A stretch of DNA of 63,890 bases, counting the filler, from Bigelowiella natans CCMP2755 (lineage: Eukaryota; Protista; Cercozoa): NCBI GenBank assembly GCA_000320545.1. It is 5 parts of 5 records of this genome, joined end to end, with 100 filler letters (N's around TTAATTAATTAA, not from the genome) between each part and the next. Parts side by side here need not be neighbours in the genome. Positions count along the whole stretch, not along the records: positions 1 to 23,871 come from ADNK01000609.1; 4 more parts are not named here. The stretch is one strand, 5' to 3'. Both the position numbers and the translations under genes were made by a program. Positions within the stretch are counted from its first letter, which is position 1; each line of letters starts with the position of its first letter. Below are positions 13,241 to 23,971 of the stretch, in pieces. The notes beneath the pieces are model-generated. The model saw only the letters and a list, made by a program, of their open reading frames with translations. It made no database searches and was not told the origin of the DNA.

Positions 13241-14016
13241 ATGTTGCAGCCTTTCGGTTGATGTTTCTTCTATCTTCATCCTGAGAATCCGTTAGGAATT
13301 TTCATAATGGTTTTTGCATCTATCAGCTCTCCCTCGAAACAAGCTTAATCTCCGCCGCGGACTCATCTTTCTCAACTTAGCGGCGGCTGCTGCGCTTCTC
13401 ATCACCTTCATTTCCCAAGTTCAAACGCGACAGCTGCATGCGGGACTTGCTAAATCTTCTCTTCGATCAACACGGCCATCTCGCGTTTTAACCTATGTCA
13501 GCAAGGTGGCGATGTGTCGAATATAAAATTGGGATTCCTTGTGATTCTCCTTGGAAACATTGCTGATGCATGTACAAATGCAGGTGAAAAAGGTGGACCT
13601 AAAGAAGCAGGGGGTAAACAGTATCGATGACGACACCGTACGGGCAAACCTCCAAGGTCGATCTAGAGCCATGGACAACCCAAACTGGGTTGACCCCCAG
13701 GGAAGGAAAGGCCGAGGTTTAGGTGTTTATCGATTTCAGAATAAATATGGGGCTAACGTCGATGGGTACTCTCCCATCTACACTCCTGACATTTGGTCGG
13801 ATAGTGGAGATTCTTACAAATTGGGATCAAGCGCAATTGCAGCTTGGTATGTTGTATTCTTGAAAACTGTACCTTGTTTTATGCTCCTTTGTAACTCGTA
13901 TAGTAAATGAAAAAAGGTTAACATGACTCTGTATTCACCATAGGCTTGTGCTAGTGATTGTGCTCTTCGCGGTTGGGGCAAACCTCATCTACACCACTTC
14001 TCAAGCTGTGTCATAA
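13241..14016 (+). CDS. psbR: Photosystem II 10 kDa protein PsbR with bipartite plastid-targeting leader (4 exons)
   Basis: Exons 13241-13256, 13327-13505, 13584-13846, 13944-14016. Hallmark GRKGRGLGVYRFQNKYGANVDGYSPIY followed by C-terminal TM AAWLVLVIVLFAVGANLIYTTS. The leader has a hydrophobic stretch (GLIFLNLAAAAALLITFI) then an S/R-rich transit-like segment. Confidence 0.93.
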
Positions 14017-14779
14017 GAGGGACTTATCATTCGCATCTCAATCTGGCAATCGAAAAGTATGCAGATCTAGAGCTCCAACAATACGATAGGCTTGCATTGC
14101 GATTGAGATTTGCATAAAATACCAAGTAATTGCACGGATGTGTTTGAATTACATTATTGCGTGCTGCTCGATCGTGCGTGTATGAGTAGCTGAGATCGAA
14201 AAAGTGTAACGCGTCAAAATCGCGAGACTGCGCACAACTATTGCAGGTTGTTATGATAGGCACAAAGATTCATGGCTTCATGTACTGTGACCTGGTACTG
14301 TGACTTAGCTTGGCAATAGCGTGCATTTGATCGCAACACCGTCTTGAGAGCTGCATGTGCATTGTGCATGTGCACTGCTAGAGTGAGACGTACAACAATC
14401 TAGCAAGCTAGTGACACGCTCACACGCCATATCTAGATGCTATGTAGCGCGCTAGTGCGGCGTACGTAGGCCTCAATTACTACGCTAGATTAGTGTCCAT
14501 TGATCTGCGTCATTGCAAACGCAAATGACTACAGACTACATTGCATGTTGTGTGGTACGTGTGTGCACGTACATGCATGCTAGCATGATGTGTACGTCGC
14601 GATGTCTATACAGCAGATCTATGCAAGCTAGCAAGCTGTGCCGGAAACCAAGTTCATGCTAGCATGCGTACATGCATGTGCCACAAATGTCTAGATGTTA
14701 GGCTGTAAAGCTCGCTACACATTTAGATGTGCTTGAACCTAGGAATGGTGATGATGTTGCCTTCCAACATGCAAACAAT

Positions 14780-17077
14780 CTATGTGATGACCCAGCCTCG
14801 TTGCATGGCATGTATCTTTGCTAGCTTGTACATGTAATCCTCCGATCCTGTGCACATTCCATGACGTCACATCTCATTGGAACATGATTGTCGTAAAACT
14901 GCGCAATTAATTTTGAAGTTAAACAAAAAGGTACATATCAGTGTTTTTGTGGATCAGAATTTGGCCGACTACTGCACTTGAGGTGGAGCACACTCGTTCA
15001 TGATGTAAAGCACGGATGAAACAGCACATGTAAAACCTCATTTATCGGATTACTACCTTGCACAGATTTGCCATATTGGCTTCCAACAGCCTGGAGTATC
15101 GCACTTTGTGCAGCTTTCGTGTCCCCAACTCCCTCATTCCTGGGAGAATCGAGATAGTTGTAAAGAACACAAATGCAAACGATGAGTATCTTGTTTCGCA
15201 CCTCGCAAATACACCCATTAGCTGTTAAAACGAACCATAACCCTACATAGAGCTTCGCGTAGAAGTCGTCATGTGGACTGACTTCAGGCCGAGCGAACTT
15301 TTCTAAAACCTCGGACGGCGTTACCTGATAACCACGCAGGAGTACCCAAACCAGCAGCTGAGAGCCGTGCACCTCCCAAACATTTTCCCCGCTTTTCCAC
15401 GCAAGGAAACACGTTCAGAATTCTTCAATGAAACTCTGAAGAGAGCTGACCTTGCAATTGAACATATCGAACACTGCGCGCATGACAGGGCGTGGATCCG
15501 TTCCGACCTTTTCATGTATAGGGATATACGTGACAAAACGATTAGGGATGATGTGGTGTTGTTTGGAAACAACTTGTATGTATGTGCAGAGCGGCTCATT
15601 CCGGCTTATCCTGAAAGCATCATACACACCTGCAATTTGTCGGCGGTACAAGCAATTTTTGCCGAACCAACAGAAACGGCACTACTGCTTTGAGATGTAG
15701 CTGCATCCTCTTCTTGACCAAGCACGAGGCGCCGCATGTTGCAAAGCTGGTACCATATGGCCTCCTCTGTGTCATTCGGGTTCACCTGTCCATGAAAATA
15801 CTGAGGCTTCCTTCCGCCACTGCTACTACTACTTCTACTGCTACTACTACTACTACTTCTACTACAACTAATGCATACAAGATACCTGGACATCAGTCTT
15901 AAACTGGTCTGCACCCTCCTGACAAATGATATCCGAGAGGAGAGGGGGTAGAATGTAAAAACGAAATGCAGTAAATGGACTCTGATTCTCCTCTACACCC
16001 ATCTTGCAAATCAGAGAACCTGAAATTTTCCGGCATAGTAGAGGGAAAGGCCTCGCTGCCAAAGGAATGGCTTTGCAGGTGGGGAAAGCTTGATCAGCTG
16101 ATCAAAACACTCCACAGAGCGCTCCACCTAGGAGGATAATGGTGCATAAAATTTCAGGACATATTCTACCAAATAATTTTGCTATATAACAAACACGCTG
16201 ATATTACCTGGTTCTGCTGGAACATCTTCACGCCTTCGTTGAACAGACTGTTCACGTTCTTCGTGCCTTTTATCCTTTGGCTGAAACCTGGTATCAGCGA
16301 ATCAACAAACTTTTCATGTCCGAAGGTGATTTAGGTAAAAGAAAGAAAAGTATATCCAGGTCTAACAGAAATCGCTCGTTCGTTTAGTAAAAGTTTTTTC
16401 AGGCTAATTATGATCTTCTTACTCATTTCAAATGTAAATACGCGTTAAAAGATACCTAAACTAGTGCATGAATTAGCAAGATTGTATGATATTGATGGTT
16501 TTTGCACGGAACTTTTAATTGTTTTATGCTGATCATGATGATAAGATCCTATGTATAGTTTATGTGACAATGCTAGGAAGACAAAGTACGTATTGTTTTT
16601 AGCATGCCCATCTATGTAACATATATTATTGATGATTGTCACAGACGCTGATCGCTTTCCGTATTTGCAGGCGTGGACTGTGCACTCGAACTTCCAGCCG
16701 CTCCGACGCCCACCGCCGCCGTCGCCACAGTCAAAATGATCCCATGCATAGCCCTCCTTCGCATATCTGTGGTTGTTCAAAACATTGAAGAAATTCTAGG
16801 ATTAGATGAGTTTAAGCGAACCTGTGAGAAGCTGCCTTTTTCGTCCTCCCTCCTTCACACGAAGTGAATGTGGACGCAGCGGCCGTGCAGAGGAGGTGAT
16901 GACAGCTTTTAAATCCCCGCCAAGAATCGGACGAGTTGTCGAAAAGATAGAATGATGCATCTTACTTTTATCCAGCATGATCGAGGACCTCAAATCACCC
17001 GATGGGGTCTTCGAACCACCGACGAGAAAGAAGGGAAGCAAGAAGACTGATCTCGAGAACAACTCACACAGAAGCAT
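14780..17077 (-). CDS. NlpI-like TPR protein of the plant/algal plastid type, with signal + transit + twin-Arg-like leader
   Basis: Spliced motifs EGVKMFQQNQVERSVECFDQLI, FLWQRGLSLYYAGKFQEGADQFKTDVQVNPNDTEEAIW, VGTDPRPVMRAVFDMF, FYAKLYVGLW, DYMYKLAKIHAMQRGW, then stop at 14780. Family recognised from memory of these motifs. Confidence 0.8.
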
Positions 17078-17789
17078 AATCGCTCTTGAGAACCTCCAAA
17101 TCACGAGTAGAGAGCTGGGAGGTGCCCAATTAATTATTTATCCCTAGGGGGTTGGCTCGTAGCCACGGGAATACTATTTTTCTCCTCTAACCGAGCGGAG
17201 ACCGAAGATCGCATGAAAATCCTGCTTTTTCAGAAGTTCTGTTGTCGTTAATCCTAAAACAACTCCCTTTCTCAACATGGACCACATTCGAAAAAATATC
17301 GGGGATAACTTCGATAATGGATCCTAAATGTTTCATATCCTATCTACGACATCCATTTTTTTAAAAAGCTAGCAAAAATACATCATCTCCATGCCTTGGC
17401 GGCCCTTGGCGTTACTTTGTCAAACTGAATCACAGAGTGCAGAAGACTAGGATAAAAAGACATCAATTAAATTAGATACGACATGAAAAAGTGTAAGAAA
17501 GTGTTTACAAATGTCATGCCAACAGCCTTTCTCGGCCGGATACATAATTTTATTCAGATTAGTCAAACAGACGACAATCCAAGCAAACACCCATTGAAAT
17601 TTATAAATGTGGTCAATTTTTAATGTCGTAGAAGAGAAAAGTGTAGTATTTAATATTATTAAAATCCAGAAAAGTATTGGGATGGAAGGAATTTCTTGAA
17701 AGCCGAGACGACAAGTCCGTACCAGACACCATTCTCAAGACAGCCGTCGCCATCCTCACCCCGTCCAGACTTTCCAGGACACAGCTGAG

Positions 17790-19855
17790 ATGGTGAGAGA
17801 AGAAATATGTTATTCTTAGTCGTGAATTCTGATGTGGGATCCTCTTTCTTTAACCTCCACAGAGATCTGAAGGAAACGCCCTCGTTGATGGTAAAAAATA
17901 ATATACAATAACTTGCATCCAGTGTTGTAACACTTTCTGTCTTTATGTATCAGGGCAAGAACACTCTGAGCTTTCTGCTATCAGCATTACCGATATTCCT
18001 GTGCACAAGGTATAGCTCGTTTTGGGGTGATGGGAGTCATTTATGGCGATTTCTTGTTGATAATTACATTTGGTACTTACATTAACATTGTAACCAGCCA
18101 AACAAGAAAAAGAACATCTTGATCGTGGCTGGGGCTGCGTTTCTGATTCTTGGACTTGGAATTGTAATTGCCTTCGCTGCTGGCGCGTTCGACTCCACCA
18201 GTGAAGGCAGTTCTACGGGCAAGTCCATTCGAGATCTCGTTGTCCCCGAATCGCTCAAGATTGTGAGCAAGGAGGACAGCAACAGCAATGGTGCCCGTCC
18301 TATGAATTTCGCTCAGGTTGCTGGGAAATTTTCCACAATGAGAAAGGCTTTGCACAGCCACAAAGCTGCACTCCAAGAGAATACTGCATACGCGAACTTT
18401 GAGACCGCTCATCAAGAAATTCAAGAAGACATCGACATCTCTGGCATGGGCTTTAACTCTGTCATTAAGATGGTTGAAAACATTATTTGCATTATTTCGA
18501 AGACTAGGTTTGATCTCACAGAGCTTCAAAACCCTAGCCAGTACTACGCCGCAAGGGTAGATATGAGACAATGCGGCGAGGGAACCCTCGCCAACGAAAC
18601 CTCCATGCTTGAGGTTGACGTGCGAGTGCGTGACATTTCTGGCTACGACTACATTGACATTTACATGCCGGGTTATGTTGGAAACATCCCTGGTTCCGAA
18701 CTGGTTCATTCTCCCCGCAGAAAGGAGCTGCAAGTCTGGGCTACCCTGCGCCAGGATGACATGGGTTTCGATTTCACCTTCAAGGCTAACTCAGTGAATG
18801 CGAAAGACGACTCCACCGGAGCATACCTGGACTCGCGGACTCAGATGGATGGGTTCCTCAAGTATATAAATGAATCCAACTATTACTACTACTCTGAGGC
18901 TGAGTATCAGACCCATATCGTCGATTACTCTAACTCGGTTGATAGGTGGGAGAACCAAACCGGGACTGCCTCGTGCTCCGTGCAGGGTAAGGCTGCGCTC
19001 ATCTCCAATCAGATCCAGCCGACCGGACAGAACTTCTCGTACCTTCTCACCTACGATGGTTCTCACATTCTCGTGCAAAATTGCACACATGGCTGCGATG
19101 AAGTCAGCGAGCTTGACTTCTTCGTGTATGGCGATGACACCACTGGAACCTGCTACTCCCAAAACTGGTACACTCCCTACGACTACAATTACTGCCTGTA
19201 CAAGGTCGGAGGAGCAGACGCTGGCAACCTATTGACCACGGATGTAACGACCTACTGGAACTATGCACCAGAGACTTCTTTGCGCGGCGATAACGACATT
19301 AATCTTGGTTTCAACCCCTTCAGAGTCCAGTATTCTGTGTACCCTGGCCACGGCTGCGAAATCGAGCTCTGGAGATGTGAAAACAGAACGAGCTTGAACG
19401 GCACCTACGAGGGAGGATGTTACCCTGGCATGGCTACAACGGAAGGACTCTACAACGAGTACATCATTGACACCGGTGGGTATGGCGCTAACACGGCATC
19501 CTTCAAGGAGGGAACCCCTATGCCTGTCGGAGACTCCGTCTACCAACTCAAAGCTTTGAAGCAGACCCGAGTTCTGAAAAAAGCCAATGTGACTGGTGCC
19601 TGCTCAAATATCAAGCTGCGTGTCCCCTTCTGGGACAACCAGTTCCCAGGCGGTAGCAACATCCCTCTAGCCAGGCCTTACATGATGTACACGCCAGAGA
19701 ACTACGGGTTCATTTGCCATGGGCCAGGTCAATTCGACTATTGTGTCAACACTGGAGAGCGAATCGGAGATGTTTCATTCTTCACCCCTGTTGCTTCGTC
19801 TGACTGCCCTAGCATCCCAGTATCATCAGGGAGCCAATCAGGGGGCCAGATTTAA
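17790..19855 (+). CDS. Type II membrane protein (~610 aa) with a large Cys/Tyr/Gly-rich, N-glycosylated ectodomain; function unknown
   Basis: ATG|gtgag at 17790, two micro-exons, then a single exon ~18098-19855 (KKKNILIVAGAAFLILGLGIVIAFAAG TM, many NxS/T sites). Confidence 0.8.
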
Positions 19856-20334
19856 AGAAGAGAATGCACCTATAAACATATTTCCCTACCACCACCCACT
19901 TTTAACATACCTGCCTAACACTGATCCGGAGTCCCAGCTTCCTGAGTCAAATACATTAATTTTCGTGAGACCGGAAAGGATGACGAGAACGGAGGGGCTA
20001 ATAATACCACTGTAACAACATCAAATCGGCTCCCAGCCGTTACAATCACAACCCATTTCTGAAAGCGAGTAGATTAGTACTAAGTGAAAGACCTGCATTA
20101 TATTTTTTTAGTTTGTTTTAATTTAATACTACTGATCGATAGACACCTTTGTCTGCATAGTGGAAAAGAACATCACTGACTAACTAGCGCAGCTGAATTA
20201 CAGCACGCGTTCATCATTGTGCGCTCATGCAAGTGCATTGAGCATGTCGCATGACGACAACGCATATCGTATGCATGTGGTCTCCACTCCCTGCTGCCTG
20301 AGGAAAGTTACACATGTGTATGTGCACATGTGTA

Positions 20335-21105
20335 CATTGTGTTGCACATCCATTGTGAGTTGATGATGGATCAGCAGGCCCCATTTTTGCAGATGACGAC
20401 TTTCCATGAAAAATCCAGCGCGTTCAATTTCAACTCTTTTTCATGCGGACTTCGGCATTCGCTTGCTGTGCATCTGCTGATTGTCCATCTTTGTGGGACA
20501 ACACAGGCTTTGAAAATTGAAAGAGCTGAGACAAATTGAATTTTCATGAAAGTGTGGCGGGAACTCTCGTTTCATGTGATGCAAAAATGCTTGCACAAGC
20601 AGTGCTCCCCCAAAACTTCAAGCCACGCAGGCGCAGGAGAAGCGACTGTCGAAGTCCGCGTGAAAAAAAAATGAAAATTTGTGGTGCTGGCACATTGCAA
20701 AGTCGCTGTTGCTCAGGATCAGAGGGAATGGGGGCCAAGGACATGCAAAATCCGTTTTTGCAATGTCAAAAAACCGATTTTGCTTGCACACCGATTTTGC
20801 TGGAAAGACAGACATGCACGATGCACCACTGCAGACCATGCTAGTATGGCAACGAACAACGCTTTTGATGTTTGTTGATGGGAGCAAATTTCAAAACCAT
20901 CTGCACAAAAAAATTGACGTGTGCATGAGAATGCGATGCACATCGAAGTGCTTGTGCAGGTCCTAGCCTCATCATTGTCGCCAGATGACTTGTCACGCAC
21001 ACCACATCGATCATTCAGCTGACGGTGACACGACACGATTCCGACATGCATAGCCACATCGTCATGACATCGACTCCAGCGAATCCTCATTTTCCGGAAC
21101 ACTTG
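20335..21105. other. TpA-void intergenic tract
   Basis: No TA dinucleotide in 20335-20841; only four more up to 21105, two of them in CTAG. Confidence 0.9.
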
Positions 21106-21292
21106 TAATCTTTTCCATCTGAATGCTTGAGCAGGGAGTCTGTGGCCAACGCCTTTCTCACGGACTTTGTAAAATTGCGTCTATTCCCGCCAGAGATAAA
21201 TAGAGCAATTGTTTTCGGTGTCAGATACGATAGCAGAATTCACGCATGACACGTTCGTGTAGAACGGTGCCGGAAAATAGACACACGCACGC

Positions 21293-21361
<69 letters not shown>

Positions 21362-21451
21362 TAAACACACACAAACGCACTGAAAGGACACTGTAATTAT
21401 TGAGGGCGGCACAACGAAGAACAGCTGTGTAAGACGTTGGTAGTAGCTCCT

Positions 21452-21776
21452 CACCTGCGTGCCCTCTTCGCGGCATTCGACAGCGTACGCTTTGCCTTCT
21501 CAAGTCCTCGCTGTCGGAGATCTATAAGAGAAGTAAAAGAAGTAGGGAAAACGATAAATGCACGATATGCGAAGGTGAAAGTGGGAGGAAAGTAGGCGAT
21601 GCTCGCACATCACATAAATATGAGCTGGGGCGGGGTTAGATTTCGGTAACGCTTCACTTACAATCGCCGCCAACGACTTTTAGGTGTATTTGTGCTTATA
21701 TAGAAGGGATGAATGGCAGGGAATAAATCGAAGGAGTTTCCACCATCGAGGCCACATATATGATGTACATGATATA

Positions 21777-21817
<41 letters not shown>

Positions 21818-23430
21818 AGACGGAAAGAGAGGATGGGATGATTTCAGGAGGACGTTCATTACAATAAACCATTAGATATCCCCAAGTAGATGAAAGGAGG
21901 GAAGAAGAACACGGAGTAGTAGTAGTAGTAGTAGCAGTAGTAGTAGTAATCAGTGGCATACGCAGAAGGAACTGCAGTAACACCGGATCGTAGCCCGTGG
22001 AGATAATTCAACCATTAATTTATCGACTCCTCACCCCCCCCTCCTCCTCCCCGTGCTAAGAATCGTAAAGCCGCAACAAAGCTAGTACCATCAGACATGG
22101 CGCGCGTTCGGTCATCGATTTGCACGTCCTTGCCTTCTCTCTGGGCCTTTTTCTTCGTCAGGAACTTCTGCCACTGTAGAAAACAGTAGTAGGAGGAGTG
22201 AGAAGGGGGGGGGGGGGAGGGGGGTAAACATCATCAACATCGTCGTCGTCATCGTCGTCGTCGACACCCATCTTGTGTCATCACAGCTGCTATTATTACC
22301 TGTGAGAACGTGATCTGAGCAAGTTTCTCCTCCCTAGCCGCATCGGTTTCATCGTATATTTCCTCCTTTGATGTTGTGGTTGTTGTTGTTGTAGTTACTT
22401 GGTAGAGATGACGACGATATAAGCACAAGCAGCAGCAGCAAAGGCAGAATGGCTGACAGCCCTCGATGGACAACAACCATGAGAAGGAGGAGGCTATGCA
22501 TCCACACCACCACACTTGCAGACATGAGTGAGAAGAAGAAGAAGAAAGAGAATAGGAGGAAAGGGAAGAGAGGAAAGAGAGGCGAAGAGGAGCTTCTATT
22601 CACTACCTGAATTACTATTTTCGCCCGCAATTTGTTCCATGCATCATCAAGTTGCCATTATGCCGTTATGAGCACAGCCGGAAAAGAAGAAGAAGAAGAA
22701 GAAGAAGAAGAAGAAGAAGAAGGGTGGGGGAGGGGGGAAAAGGAGCAGGAGAGCAGAGGATGGGGAGAATAATAGGATGTTTGCTCATCATAAAAAGGAC
22801 GATGTCGCGCTTTCGTTCGTTGTTGACACCATCATCATCATCATTCTAGTCGTCGTCATCATCATCTCCCAGTTTTTAACCCTGTCGATGATAGTCATAA
22901 TGGTAGGTTCTTATCATCGTCATCACGCCCTTCTCCTCCTTTGTTCCCTGAAGCTACTACCACTACTACTACTTCTACTACTACTACTTCTACTACTACT
23001 ACTTCTACTACTACTACTACTACTACTACTACTGCTGCTACGACGACAGAATTGTCACATACAGTCTTCGATGACGTCCTCAATGGTGATGACGCCTAAT
23101 TAGCATTGGTAGCATCATCATCATCATCATCCTCATCCTCATCATCATCATCATCAATCGGGAGGTCGATGATGCTGATAAGACGACGAAAGGAGAGAGA
23201 GACGAGATGGAAGAAACATCGTGCTTTGCTACATGGTGGCAGTGGTCTACTATTCTGGGCAATCGAAACAACGACGATGGTGACGATGGCAAAGGGGCGA
23301 TTGTGTATGCGCGTCTTTGGTGGAGAGAACTGCTTCCTCTTCTCACCCTTGACATCGATGTGCTCTGGTACGTCTAAATTCATTGCGGCCATGCAGCGTT
23401 CAACCTCTACCCTATCCCTCTCGTCCTACA
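21452..23430 (-). CDS. 3' part of a CNNM/DUF21-type CBS-domain protein gene (5' part lost in the gap)
   Basis: Exons encode GVITIEDVIED (23063-23095) and EEIYDETD (ending at 22365), matching the CNNM-type GIITLEDVIEE...EEIxDETD signature. Outer boundaries are approximate. Confidence 0.55.
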
Positions 23431-23446
23431 GGCAAGGAATATATCG

Positions 23447-23492
<46 letters not shown>

Positions 23493-23871
23493 GTCATGTG
23501 ATGCCAATGGGGAGACGGAGCGGGGAAGGGAGGTGGAGATGATTCGGTCATTTCTGCGTGGGGGGGTGGCTAGGTGGAGGGGGGGGGGGGGGGGGGGGAG
23601 GGATATTTTGGTGGGGACCTTGGGATGCCAAGTGTGTGTGCTTGTTTGCACAGACTCATATATATATCCCACGACAGAGCACACAAATGGAGCTAGATAA
23701 AAATAATCTTGGACCACCAGGACCCCAACAACAATTTCCAAGACAAACTGTGTCCAATTATGTTATTATTGCAGGACCACACTCCGAAAGAGTTGTATTC
23801 ATTTCGTTTGGGTCCATCGCCGAAACGACACGCATCTGTCTGGATAAGGCATGCCCTTTACCACGACGGCT

Positions 23872-23971
23872 NNNNNNNNNNNNNNNNNNNNNNNNNNNNN
23901 NNNNNNNNNNNNNNNTTAATTAATTAANNNNNNNNNNNNNNNNNNNNNNNNNNNNNNNNNNNNNNNNNNNN
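23872..23971. other. Assembly gap with artificial all-frame-stop spacer
   Basis: N run + TTAATTAATTAA + N run, 100 bp in total; identical design at four places. Confidence 0.97.

Noticed and set aside
20225-21102. Stack of overlapping ORFs in all six frames (also 28391-28805, 30203-30710, 47989-48691)
   Set aside because: A by-product of TpA loss removing TAA/TAG stops; the Cys/His/Met-rich translations show no protein motifs.
23916-23927. Palindromic TTAATTAATTAA repeated four times in the window
   Set aside because: Always centred in 100-bp N gaps; an artificial scaffolding spacer.
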